Translations under genes and position numbers: made by a program | Notes under the pieces: generated by a model | Told to the model about the DNA's origin: nothing | The model's database searches: none | The model's input: only the letters and a program-made list of their open reading frames with translations | Sequence record: DRR378314_1931 | Direction: 5' to 3' (one strand) | Length of the DNA: 64,000 bases | Shown: positions 29,201 through 40,000 of the stretch, piece by piece | Layout: each line of letters starts with the position of its first letter | Position numbering within the stretch: the first letter of the stretch is position 1

Positions 29201-30534
29201 AAGCCAGTCAGGATGCCTCAAGCAATTACGAGGGAACTATCTTAGCCAAAGCCGGAGACGTTTTCACCGCGCGGCTTGCCGCGATTAATGATGAAGGTGA
29301 TGTAACACCAAACTTTGGTAACGAAGCCAATCCTGAAACATTACAGCTTATGGCTCAGACTGAGGCGGTAGAATCTTATAACGGTGAAATAACGAATGCT
29401 GATGGGTTTACTAAAGATGGAGCCGGAATCTTTACAAATTCGGGGCTGACTTATACTGAAGTCGGTTCAACTCGGGTAACTGCATATATAGGAAGCCAGA
29501 ATTATTTGCCTGGCTACCACGGTTCTCCAGTTATGTTGACAACCGAGAGTGAGATAGGAAGGTTTATTCCTTACGAATTTCAAATGGAAACTTTCGATGG
29601 TTTCAGCGGTGTCTGTAACCGGAATAATGCAGGCCAGGGCGACGAATTTTATTATATCGGGGAGGCGCAGCTATTAGGACCAAGCTTTGCCTTAACAGCG
29701 GTAAATAAAAATGGTGAAACGACTAAGAATTATCCGACAGACGTTGTTGAAGGTGAATTGGAGTTTTATCCGTTTAATGGCGCAAATGGTAGTCCTGAAC
29801 TGTTGAACCCAGGCCAGCTGTTTGCAACAGACGTTGAACTTGAATGGGGGCAGAATGAAGAGAGCGCGGGAACGGCTTCGTTCAAGTCGCCAGCTCCGTC
29901 TGTTACTTACCGCCGAAATGGTGCAGAAGAAGGCCCTTATGAAGACTATAAACTGGGAATTCAGTTTAATGATAGCGAAGGCGGTAATTATTATTCGGTA
30001 ATAACAGAGTCTAATCTTCCGGCGGCTGCCCAGGCACCAGCATTCAAACTGTATGATAGTGTAAAGTTACTTTACGGGCGCTTTGTTTTAGATAATATCT
30101 TCGGCGCCGAAGTTGATGACCTTCCGCTGTCTGGTCGAGCCCAGTTTTGGAATGGTGATAATTTCGTCATAAATACTAATGATAACTGCTTTACTGTCTC
30201 AGTATCCAAGCTCGATGTCCTATCGGCTATCGATCCTACAAAGGATCCGGTTATAAGCTTAGACACTGAATCTATTGAGCTGTCAGATACGCCGGACTCG
30301 GTCAGTTTGACTGAAGGTGAATTGCAGGAAGCATATAGTCCAATGGAAGACCTGTTGCGCTGGCAAGCTTATGGTTCTGCCGCCGAATTTACTTTCGAGC
30401 TGACTGTTCCTTCATTTTTGCAATACGATTGGGACGGCGACAGTAACTACCAAGATAACCCCACAGCCGAGGGTACATTCGGTATTTATCGTGGCAGTGA
30501 CAGACAAATTTACTGGCAGGAAGTGGGTTGGTAG
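26239..30534 (+). CDS. mshQ: MSHA tip adhesin MshQ (beta-solenoid repeats + LamG + conserved MshQ/DUF6701-like C-terminus)
   Basis: Sec signal; LamG motifs (SVAFWF, WHHLAASYD, LYIDG, LYIGG, GEIDEV); ALTCS.ADI...AC....C, TPNF, IGRFIP, LQYDW, FGIYRGSDRQIYWQE. Confidence 0.88.
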   Translation: MSLLKTLKFVIISVIAFASTPAMATNYNLPNNNLPGCSKSGNTYTCPNGLNLNFRDRIQISGNNSVVINVNGNFNLGSEMRINENGGAQQLTITTTGSYNGGFQSVINANISSQQNITLANENIFSGSLVAANDVSVGFRTNIDGSIRSTSGSVILQGENSITGNVDARDNVIVRFLTEVNGNLNATNGNVVLEGQNDVSGAIFSGGDTILRFRSDVEGAITSNGRVVLEGENTVNGNIIAGDDVTLRYGSDVNGDIDADGSVTLDGANIVDGNINATDRVTIPNSSTVTGYVNAPQIIDESNVQGETCDINNNEGPCGSEPPDQPLDGLGYWAFDQVEWRGQFGEVLDISGNGLHGQALRGANTSGFNPAIAGNPGTCRYGKFNGDNAVRVDNAQSIANAESVSVAFWFKGSATGQNQSDRYQSLLVIGNGPTEGASGRFEVYRQDTRDGGGLYFEIRRNNGEIVNVEAGNTRQGQTNLLDDNWHHLAASYDRNARRLTLYIDGQQADQTSFNGSSNLNAVAPRLYIGGQGIGENSFYGEIDEVFIDDKVLTQSDVTTLKSITRPCNDQRPLCEDVWPVAFEVPNNVPKPFDLPDRSYNTQLPAQLQPIDYLRTGNFGNTGFNYTTNGQTSRVYIDGDVTIQSGRRINVGGNANEMMLIVTGDLTLEQDVQFNGYIYVAGNFLFERSFFFWQTSEVTGGVSVGGRSFATGNFGFFDPEVNYQAPVEPIAGGNFCRASDTAPPVSPVHHYQLSYNSPALTCSAADIEVTACANTNCSELYEGSSTVQLNSTAGDWSTNPVSASPVGTTSLEKTNAGIYPLAVETTGTLPQPQNPTRCLVNGNLSESCNIEFSDTGFIFTSGDNFEDTDIPSQVSAVPFSNLQLRAVETNSQTLACQAVTQPLNSVSMSMNCVDPDQCLMGASVNETEVTENNTSNISVSFTDGKAPLEINYKDAGAINLTAQATLPNGKTLRGTSEAFVWRPASIDVEASQDASSNYEGTILAKAGDVFTARLAAINDEGDVTPNFGNEANPETLQLMAQTEAVESYNGEITNADGFTKDGAGIFTNSGLTYTEVGSTRVTAYIGSQNYLPGYHGSPVMLTTESEIGRFIPYEFQMETFDGFSGVCNRNNAGQGDEFYYIGEAQLLGPSFALTAVNKNGETTKNYPTDVVEGELEFYPFNGANGSPELLNPGQLFATDVELEWGQNEESAGTASFKSPAPSVTYRRNGAEEGPYEDYKLGIQFNDSEGGNYYSVITESNLPAAAQAPAFKLYDSVKLLYGRFVLDNIFGAEVDDLPLSGRAQFWNGDNFVINTNDNCFTVSVSKLDVLSAIDPTKDPVISLDTESIELSDTPDSVSLTEGELQEAYSPMEDLLRWQAYGSAAEFTFELTVPSFLQYDWDGDSNYQDNPTAEGTFGIYRGSDRQIYWQEVGW
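26587..27132 (+). repeat. Ten tandem 18-19 aa coding repeats in mshQ
   Basis: Consensus about VxL/VxxxxxVxGxIxAxxx, from ITLANENIFSGSLVAAND to VTIPNSSTVTGYVNAPQI. Confidence 0.85.
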
Positions 30535-30731
30535 AACGAATTATAACGATTAATCGACAATTCGATGACAATGCCTCTTGCTCTTTTGTTAACAAGCAAA
30601 TAGCATAAAGCAGAGTTTAAACGAAAAATGCGGACGTTGACGAACGTTCATAATTATTACAATAACGATAGTGCGACTACAGCTTTGGCTTTTACGCCGC
30701 TTTGTTATTTTTTCAAGCTTGGAATGGAAAC

Positions 30732-32591
30732 ATGATGCGATTGGCTCGACTGGCCCTGGTAATGGCCTCTACATTGACATTCGCCTCGACGGCTCTTGCT
30801 CAGCAGGAGATGACTGTCGAAGAAATTGCTAACCAAATTTCGACTCTAGAGAGCGATTTTGAAAACTTTTCTGGCACCGTAAACACGCTTCAGCAAGAAG
30901 AGCGGGACCTGCGGGAAAAGCTACAAAACTTGCGTGAGCGCAACAGCGAACTGGAAACGAAACGCGAATCAGCATTGGCGGAAATGAATGACCGCTACCA
31001 ACGTTTGGTGGAAGACCCAACGATTGATATTGCTGGCGCTCAAGAAGCGTACAAGCAAGCCGTTATGGCTCACCAACAGAATAAAGCAGACATTAAGCAG
31101 CAAGTGAGCCTGGTTAATGAGAAAGCGCGCGAAGTAGAAGAAGCGCGTGTGAGCAAACACAGCCTGATTAATGAAATTGAGACGCTAAAAGAGCAACGTA
31201 ATTTAGCTCGTGTCGATCGCTTAGAAAATGAATTTAATCGTACTGGCGAACTCGAAGTGAGTCAGTCAATTAGCTGTGACCGCCAGGAAACGCTGGGACA
31301 GTGTGAAAATCGCGGCAAACTCATGGCTAAACAAAAAGCGTCCAAGCAGTACCTTAATACCATTTTGGATGGTTTAAGTGAGGCTTCACTCGCTCGTGAA
31401 AACATTGAAAAAGCCAGCCCGAATGTACAAATTCTGGGCTCTAAAACAATTAGTAACGGTTTTAGTGGCGCGGGTAACTATGGGGTTAAATTGGCGGTTG
31501 AACTGCGTGGACAGTTACCTCAAAGCCAGGCTTGTACGTTATTGAACGTTGACATGCGCTATTGTGCGTCGGAGCAACGGCCGGGGGAGCTGCAAGCGGG
31601 TGATGAGGAAACGGTTGATAGCTCCGTCATGCACCCGTTAACCATACGCTCTAACGTGTATGACGATGAAGTTGTTATCGATGGTGTTAGCTATGGTTCT
31701 ACCCCGCTGGAGGTTATGCTCCCGGGTGGTGAACATCAGATTGAAATTCTTAAGTATGGTTACTCTGCCTACGCGGAGAAAATATTACTAAAAGACGCTA
31801 CCGCTATTCGGGCTGAATTAGAGAAGTCGGATTACTCTTTTACTCGCGGCGAAAAAATTCAGGATATTCTGTATCGCGATGTTCGTGGTCCTGAACTGGT
31901 TGTCGTTCCTGCGGGTAAATTTAAAATGGGTGACCTGGTCGGCAATGGTTTACCAAACGAACGTCCGGCAGAGACGCGTGAAATTCCAACCGCATTGGGT
32001 ATTTCTGATACTGAAATTACGGTTGAGCAGTTTGGCAACTTTGTAGAAGATACCGCTTATGTCACAGAGGCAGAGAAAAACGGTACTTGCGCAAGCCTAA
32101 GTAATGGCCGCCCTCAGTTTAATGAAAAGCTGAGCTGGAAAAATCCTGGATTCAAACAGTCTGAAAGCTCTCCAGTGGTTTGCGTCAGTTATAACGATGC
32201 ACAGGCTTATGCTGAATGGTTAACTCAAAAAAGTGGTTTTAAATACAGCATTCCCACTGAAGCGGAATGGGAATACGCTGCACGCGCCGGGTCGGAAACC
32301 GATTTCTGGTGGGGAAATGATGTTGGTTATGGCAAAGCAAACTGTCGTAACTGTGGAACAGATTGGTCAAATACACGTCCAGCTCCGGTAGCTAGTTTTC
32401 ATCGTAACCCTTGGGGATTATACGATACTGTCGGTAATGTCTGGGAGTGGGCTGAAACCGATGAGGGTGTTGTAGTTAAGGGCGGAGCCTGGAACTTTAC
32501 GCCAAGTTTGGCTCGAGTTTCGACTAGAATGGAACTTCCGTCAGATTTTAACTCCAACTACATTGGATTCCGTGTTGTAAGAGCTCAGTAA
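30732..32591 (+). CDS. Secreted coiled-coil + PEGA + FGE-sulfatase (SUMF1/EgtB/PvdO-family) domain protein
   Basis: Signal peptide ending ALA-QQE, heptad-rich N-terminus, PEGA (VVIDG.SYGSTP...GEHQIEI.KYGY), FGE motifs (VPAGKFKMG, PVVCVS, PTEAEWEYAARAG, GLYDTVGNVWEW, IGFRVV). Confidence 0.85.
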   Translation: MMRLARLALVMASTLTFASTALAQQEMTVEEIANQISTLESDFENFSGTVNTLQQEERDLREKLQNLRERNSELETKRESALAEMNDRYQRLVEDPTIDIAGAQEAYKQAVMAHQQNKADIKQQVSLVNEKAREVEEARVSKHSLINEIETLKEQRNLARVDRLENEFNRTGELEVSQSISCDRQETLGQCENRGKLMAKQKASKQYLNTILDGLSEASLARENIEKASPNVQILGSKTISNGFSGAGNYGVKLAVELRGQLPQSQACTLLNVDMRYCASEQRPGELQAGDEETVDSSVMHPLTIRSNVYDDEVVIDGVSYGSTPLEVMLPGGEHQIEILKYGYSAYAEKILLKDATAIRAELEKSDYSFTRGEKIQDILYRDVRGPELVVVPAGKFKMGDLVGNGLPNERPAETREIPTALGISDTEITVEQFGNFVEDTAYVTEAEKNGTCASLSNGRPQFNEKLSWKNPGFKQSESSPVVCVSYNDAQAYAEWLTQKSGFKYSIPTEAEWEYAARAGSETDFWWGNDVGYGKANCRNCGTDWSNTRPAPVASFHRNPWGLYDTVGNVWEWAETDEGVVVKGGAWNFTPSLARVSTRMELPSDFNSNYIGFRVVRAQ

Positions 32592-32609
32592 GTACTTGCT
32601 GAGCTCTTT
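32579..32609 (+). terminator. Near-perfect palindrome overlapping the stop codon; possible terminator or stabilising hairpin
   Basis: AAGAGCTCAGTAAGT/ACTTGCTGAGCTCTT with one T-G mismatch, followed by a short T run. Confidence 0.5.
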
Positions 32610-32632
32610 GCTGTCACTCTGTTAGCTTATAA

Positions 32633-33694
<1,062 letters not shown>

Positions 33695-33697
33695 TTC

Positions 33698-34555
33698 ATG
33701 AAGACGCTGTTTGCCCGCGGTCCATCCTTACTCTCCAGGCTAGTGCTCGCACTAGCCTGTTCGTTTCTGCTGATCTTTATTGACCACCGGCTTCAGGCAA
33801 TGAAGCCGGTTCGGTTATTTTTGAATTCTCTGGTGGCTCCGGTGCAGTATTTGGCTATTTTGCCAGAACAGCTGCTGGATGGTGTCTCCGAATCATTAAA
33901 AACCACGTCGCAGTTAAGCGATGAAAATAAGCGGCTAAAGCGGGCTATTCTTGAATTACAGGGTGAGCAACAGCAACTTCGCTTTCTTCAGAATGAGAAT
34001 AAACGGCTACGGGAACTTCTTGGTTCAGACGCCCGCGACTCAGTCCGGCGTATGGTTGCCGAGGTCATCGCCGTTGCCTCAGAGCCGTTTTCACAGCAAC
34101 TGGTTATTAATAAAGGCACGCTGAGCGGAGTGTATGAAGGCCAGCCCGTACTAGACAGCAATGGCATTATTGGACAAGTGCAGGATGTAGGCGGTAATAC
34201 CGCTCGTGTATTGCTACTCTCAGACCAGAGTCATGCGATATCTTTGCGTTCAGAGCGCAGTGATATTCGTGTACTGGCGCAGGGAACCGGCGATATCGGA
34301 CGGCTGGAGTTGATGTTTATTCCTCACAGCACAGAGCTAAAAGAAGGGGATCTCCTAATGTCTTCGGGGTTAGGGGGCATATTTCCTGAGGGGTATCCGG
34401 TGGCAACAATTCGACAGATTGTCAGAGATGAATCTCTCCCTTTTGCTAAAGTGATAGCGGATCCCGTCAGTGCGCTTGACCGCGTTCGTAATGTTCTATT
34501 GTTGTGGCCAAGCGACGGCGAGCAGCAACCTATTTTTGATGAGGACGAGGAATGA
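33698..34555 (+). CDS. mreC: Rod shape-determining protein MreC
   Basis: F.RGPSL, ENKRLRELL, INKG, SSGLGGIFPEGYPV. Confidence 0.97.
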   Translation: MKTLFARGPSLLSRLVLALACSFLLIFIDHRLQAMKPVRLFLNSLVAPVQYLAILPEQLLDGVSESLKTTSQLSDENKRLKRAILELQGEQQQLRFLQNENKRLRELLGSDARDSVRRMVAEVIAVASEPFSQQLVINKGTLSGVYEGQPVLDSNGIIGQVQDVGGNTARVLLLSDQSHAISLRSERSDIRVLAQGTGDIGRLELMFIPHSTELKEGDLLMSSGLGGIFPEGYPVATIRQIVRDESLPFAKVIADPVSALDRVRNVLLLWPSDGEQQPIFDEDEE

Positions 34556-35037
34556 TCGTGATAAAACCCGGCTTCATTACGTTGTTGATCACCTACATCA
34601 TTGCGCTGACTCTTATGGTTATGCCAATGCCCGCCGCGTTCGATACCTTTCGGCCTGACTGGCCAACTTTGGTTATGCTGTACTGGATAATAGCCTTGCC
34701 GCACCGGGTAAATATGGGAACCGCTTTAGTGCTGGGCGTGCTGAGCGATATATTACTGGGTTCTATTGTCGGTGTTCATGCTTTAGGTATGGTCGTTGTC
34801 ACTTATTTTGCGGCACGTCATTTTCAGCGTATTCGCAATTTTGCTTTAATACAGCAAGCATTGGTTATTGCCGTGCTGATTTTTATTAAGCGCTTTGTTG
34901 TGTTTGAAGCTAATGTGTTTTTGCACGACGCTGAATTTACGTTCTCTTACTTCTGGCCAGTACTCACTTCAGCTGTTTTTTGGTTATGGGTATTTCCGTT
35001 ACTGCGAAAAGTTCGTCGTCAATTCGGAGTGGTGTAA
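34552..35037 (+). CDS. mreD: Rod shape-determining protein MreD
   Basis: RPDW...YW..ALPHRV, LRKVRRQF. Confidence 0.97.
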   Translation: MIVIKPGFITLLITYIIALTLMVMPMPAAFDTFRPDWPTLVMLYWIIALPHRVNMGTALVLGVLSDILLGSIVGVHALGMVVVTYFAARHFQRIRNFALIQQALVIAVLIFIKRFVVFEANVFLHDAEFTFSYFWPVLTSAVFWLWVFPLLRKVRRQFGVV

Positions 35038-35633
35038 TGCGCCTGCTGCTCGCTTCTTCTTCTCCCCGTCGGCGAGAGCTGCTAACGCTATTGCATAGAC
35101 CCTTTGATTGCGAAGTTCCGGAAATAGAGGAGCTACGAGGGGCTAATGAGAATGCCGGTGACTATGTGACTCGCCTGGCGGAAGAAAAAGCTCAGACTGT
35201 GGCACAACGGCAACAAACTCCCTGCTTGGTGATTGGTTCTGATACCCTGATAAGCTTTAAGGGGCAAGTGCTGGAAAAACCAGAGAGTTATGAACATTTC
35301 AGTCAAATGATGAAGCAGCTTTCCGGTCAGACACATCAGGTTCTGACATCAGTTAGTGTTTGCCACTGGAATGGTCACAGAGTGGTTGCCCGCGAAACGG
35401 CTTTAGTAACAACGCAGGTGGAGTTTGCCGCACTGAGCCAGGAAGAAATAGATGCTTACTGGGCAACCGGTGAACCTCATGATAAAGCGGCTGGCTATGG
35501 TATTCAGGGCTATGGCGGGAAATTTGTAAAACGTATTGAGGGTAGCTACTTTGCTGTTGTTGGCTTACCTTTATATGAAACTGAACAGTTGTTGCGGATG
35601 TTTGAAATGACAGGTGAAGTCGATGAGCGTTGA
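35037..35633 (+). CDS. maf: Maf-family nucleotide pyrophosphatase (YhdE)
   Basis: LASSSPRRRELL, IGSDT, EKP, DKAAGYGIQG, VVGLP; ATG overlaps the mreD stop. Confidence 0.95.
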   Translation: MRLLLASSSPRRRELLTLLHRPFDCEVPEIEELRGANENAGDYVTRLAEEKAQTVAQRQQTPCLVIGSDTLISFKGQVLEKPESYEHFSQMMKQLSGQTHQVLTSVSVCHWNGHRVVARETALVTTQVEFAALSQEEIDAYWATGEPHDKAAGYGIQGYGGKFVKRIEGSYFAVVGLPLYETEQLLRMFEMTGEVDER

Positions 35634-37092
35634 AGTCCTAATGAATGTGACCCCCACAGAGACTCGTGTAGTGCTTGTTGAAAATGGCATCCTGCAGGAA
35701 GTCCACATTGAGCGTCAGGCAAAGCGTGGCTTAGTTGGCAATATATACATGGGAAAGGTATCGCGGGTGTTGCCGGGAATGCAGGCGGCGTTTATTGATA
35801 TTGGCCTCGACAAGGCGGCGTTTTTACATGCCTCGGACATTGTCGTTCAGGTGGATGGTGATGATTTACCGCGGCCTGACGAAAAGCCACAACAAAGCAT
35901 TACCGAATTGGTGCATCAGGGACAGCATATTATGGTGCAAGTGGTTAAAGACCCTCTGGGAACCAAGGGGGCGCGTTTAACCACTGACATCACCCTACCG
36001 TCGCGGTACCTGGTGTTTATGCCGAAGAGCGACCATGTAGGCGTCTCTCAGCGCATTGAAGAAGGCGAGGAGCGCGAACGTTTGCGGCAGTTGGCAGAAG
36101 AGGTCAGTAAAAGCGACGGAAAATTCATTGTTCGCACGGCAGCAGAAGGTGCTTCAGATCAATCGCTGCGGGGCGATGCTGACTTTCTTTTCCGGTTGTG
36201 GGAGAAAATAAAGGCGCGGAAAAAATCTCAACGCAAAGTCGGCATGCTGTACGAAGACCTGAATCTTTCCTGTCGTGTACTACGTGACTTTGTCGGCGAA
36301 GAAATCGAACGCATTAGGGTTGATTCCAAAGTCACCTTTGACACGCTCAAAGTATTTACTCAGGACTTTATTCCCGAACTAACCAAAGTTCTTGAGTATT
36401 ACACCGGTGACCGGCCTATTTTTGACTTATTTGATGTCGAAAATGAAATGCAGCGAGCGCTAGACCGTCGGGTTGACTTGAAATCCGGTGGCTCACTGAT
36501 TATTGACCAAACCGAAGCGATGACTACGGTTGATATCAACACAGGTGCGTTTGTTGGTCACCGCAATTTAGAAGAAACCATATTTAATACCAATATCGAA
36601 GCCACGCAGTCGATAGCACGTCAATTGCGGTTACGGAACCTTGGCGGCATTATCATTATCGATTTTATTGATATGCAGGACGAGGAGCATAAGCGGCGGG
36701 TATTGCACAGCCTTGAACAGGCGTTAGGCAAAGACCGTGCAAAAACAACCATTAATGGTTTTACCTCGCTTGGGTTAGTGGAAATGACCCGGAAACGCAC
36801 CAGAGAAAGCCTGGAGCATGTTTTGTGCTCGGAGTGTCCGGTTTGTCTGGGGCGCGGCAGCATGAAGACGGTTGAAACCGTCTGTTATGAAATTATGCGT
36901 GAAATTGTCCGGGTTCATAAAGCTTATGAAGCCGATAAGTTCGTTGTTTATGCCTCTGCACAGGTAAGTGAAGCCTTACTTAACGAAGAATCTCATGCGC
37001 TGGCTGAACTTGAGCTGTTTGTTTCGCGTCAAATAAAAATACAAACCGAACCTCTGTATAATCAGGAACAATTCGACGTAGTAATGATGTAA
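35623..37092 (+). CDS. rng: Ribonuclease G
   Basis: S1 domain VGNIY.GKV.RVLPGMQAAF, DINTG, RLRNLGGIIIIDFIDM, QFDVVMM. Confidence 0.98.
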   Translation: MSVEVLMNVTPTETRVVLVENGILQEVHIERQAKRGLVGNIYMGKVSRVLPGMQAAFIDIGLDKAAFLHASDIVVQVDGDDLPRPDEKPQQSITELVHQGQHIMVQVVKDPLGTKGARLTTDITLPSRYLVFMPKSDHVGVSQRIEEGEERERLRQLAEEVSKSDGKFIVRTAAEGASDQSLRGDADFLFRLWEKIKARKKSQRKVGMLYEDLNLSCRVLRDFVGEEIERIRVDSKVTFDTLKVFTQDFIPELTKVLEYYTGDRPIFDLFDVENEMQRALDRRVDLKSGGSLIIDQTEAMTTVDINTGAFVGHRNLEETIFNTNIEATQSIARQLRLRNLGGIIIIDFIDMQDEEHKRRVLHSLEQALGKDRAKTTINGFTSLGLVEMTRKRTRESLEHVLCSECPVCLGRGSMKTVETVCYEIMREIVRVHKAYEADKFVVYASAQVSEALLNEESHALAELELFVSRQIKIQTEPLYNQEQFDVVMM

Positions 37093-37097
37093 GGCGC

Positions 37098-40000
37098 ATG
37101 CGGACACTGTCGTGGATTTTGAACAAACTCTGGCTAACGCTGGCTATTGTGCTGGTGCTGGTTGCTGTCGGCCTGAGTTTATTGCGTTACAGCCTGCCAT
37201 ACCTGCCCGATTTGACCGAACCACTTGAACAACAGCTGGAGGCTCGTTTCCAGCAACCCGTGAGCATTAGCGACTTATCTATGGCCTGGACCCGGGAAGG
37301 CCCTTCCATTGTGCTGGATAATTTAGTTTTGCTGGAACGCGAGCAGTCGCCTGTGCAAGTTCGTGTTGGTAAGGTTCATGTGGTACTCGATTTCTGGAAA
37401 ACTTTACTGGATCAACAGCTCATTGCGCAGCAGTTTATTCTTAATGACGCCCGCATAGCGGTAGATATACGCAAATTCTCGGCAGCTAACGAAGCTGAGA
37501 AATTAGATTTAGACTACGTTAACCGCTTATTCCTGCAGCAATTAGAGAAGTTTTCACTGAATAATGGTGAGTTGCTACTGACAAACTTGCGGGGCGTAAC
37601 GCGAGAAATTGATATTGACCGACTGTCCTGGACCAATGAAGGCAAAAAGCACCAGGGGATTGGCCAATTCCGGATGGAAGACTTTGCGACTAATAGCCTG
37701 GATTTCATTATTGATTTGCGCGGTGATCGCTGGTCGGAGTTTAATGGTCAGTTCTATGTTAATTCACAGAACGTTGATATCAGTCCCTGGCTTGAAGAAC
37801 AACTGGGCGACATTGACGTACAAGCTTCAAACGTAAACTTTACGGGTTGGCTCGATGTTCGTAATGGTCAATTATTTGAAGGATTAGTTAAGTTAAGAGA
37901 CAACCGTATTACCTGGTTAGACAATAATTCCGAAGAACTTAACTGGTTGCAGTTACCCGAGGGAGAAATTGTGCTGCGGCCGGAAGAAAATGGCTGGCTA
38001 CTCAACAGTATGCCAATGACAGTAAATACCTCGGTAGGTCATCTTGAATTACCGCGTATAGCCTGGCAGCAACTGGATGAGATCCACGATATCAGTGTAG
38101 ATAATATCGCAATTGATGAGGTTACCGGGTTACTACCTCTGCTGCCTTTTAATATATCAGCGGAATCGGTCATGAGCCTGGGCTTAAAGGGGACGGCCAG
38201 TGTGCGCTATCGCCTGCATCCTGTCTCCGGCCAGCAATGGTCTGTAAAAAGCCACAACCTGTCGGCAGACGGAAATGAGCGCTGGCCTGGTTTTAATGGC
38301 CTTGATGTCAGTATAAGCAGCTTGTCGAATCACGGTTTGTGGCAAGTAGAAGGTGACAACGTTAGCCTTACGGGAAACAGTCTTTCCGGTAAGCAAGCGT
38401 GGGATATTGATACTTTTAATTTGTCCGGCTCCTGGTTGTTACAAGCTGATAACTGGCGGGTAAATTTAGAGCAGCTCCAACTTCGGCGAGACGACTTTCA
38501 GCTTACCGGCAGTGGCGGTTTGTCCGGCGACAGTGAAACAACAGCACAAATTGACTTATTGCTTTCTACCGCACAGGGCTTTTCTGTCGACACGGCCCGC
38601 AAGTTGCTGCCATCAATTATGGGTCAGGGAGTCAAAGACTATCTTTCCGCAGCCTTAGTATCCGGTCGGGCTCGTGGCATGGAATTACTTTGGCGCGGTC
38701 CCGTCACTCAGTTTCCGGCGGCGACCAATCAAGGTGTCTTCAATGCGCGGGTCGAGTTCGATGATTTAACCTACCGGTTTCAGCCAGACTGGCTTCCGCT
38801 AGCCGATGCTCCGGTAAAGCTCGACTTTTATAACAGAAGCTTGTTCATGTCTACCGATGCAGGGCATATAGAAGATGTGCAGGTAACCCGGGTTGACGCG
38901 CAAATTAAGGACTTAGCAGATGCTTCGCAGGGCTTGCAGGTTCAGGCTAGTGTTAGTGGAAAGGGTGAATCGTTGTTACCTGTTTTTGAGCAGTCGCCGC
39001 TGGACAGCGTAACCGAAACGCTCATTCAAATTGACCCGAGCGGAGAGGTTTCTGGTTCTTTTCAGTTGGATATCCCCTTAAATAGCTCGCGAGATGTCGA
39101 TGTCGCTGTTGATGCTCCGTTGGCCGGGTTGTCTTTTAATATTGACGCCATACAACAAGATTTTACGGTTTCTGAAGGTATTCTGAAGATCGACAACAGC
39201 AAGGTTAGTACCGAAGGGTTGCGCCTTAACTGGTACGGTATGCCTATACCAACGAAAGTATCGGGAGAGCTAAAGGGGGCGGATTACTTACTGAATGTGA
39301 ATACAACTCTGGACTGGCAAAGCGAACCCTTATTTAAGCAATTGCCTTATCCACAGTGGAAACCGTTTTTCTACGGAGCGGTAAATGGTGAAGCTAATCT
39401 CCTGTTAACTTTTAACGCAGACGATGTCGGCGTTGCGTTGGAGTCTCAGTTTGATTTGACCGGTCTTGAGACATCGCTTCCAGCGCCGTTGCAAAAAGAT
39501 TTTGGAGATAACTGGCAACTGTCGGTTCAGCTCAATGGGACTGGAGAAGAACTGCGTTTACGAGCAAGTATTGACCAGCGCCTTAACTGGGATAGTCGCT
39601 GGCAGCCGGGCAGTGGAGGCTGGCAAATGGCCAGACTGGATATTGGTGAAGTGAACTCTGCGAATGAACTGGTTAACGGCTTTGCGATAAACGCACAGCT
39701 TCCGCATGCAGATATCGGACGGTGGTACTCAGTACTTTATGCGTTGGCCGGGGATTCAAACGTTGATACTGAAAGTGGTAGTGGGGAAGGGTGGTTGCCC
39801 GATTCCATTCGTATTGAGACGCCTCAGTTACAGTGGGGACAGCAGAAATTTGCTCAGGCGGATATCCAGGTGTGGCCAGAAAACTCAGTCTGGCAGGCCC
39901 GGGTGGATGCTAAGAATGCGGTGCTAAGCGCGACCATTCCGGAAAGCTTTGTACAGCAAGGGATAACCGTAAGAGCGGATTATTTGGCGTTAAGCAGCAA

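Noticed and set aside
30637..30670. Fur-like box and a TTGACG...TACAAT promoter upstream of the FGE-domain gene
   Set aside because: Only about 11/19 match to the Fur consensus by eye, and the promoter spacer is 15 bp; too weak to call
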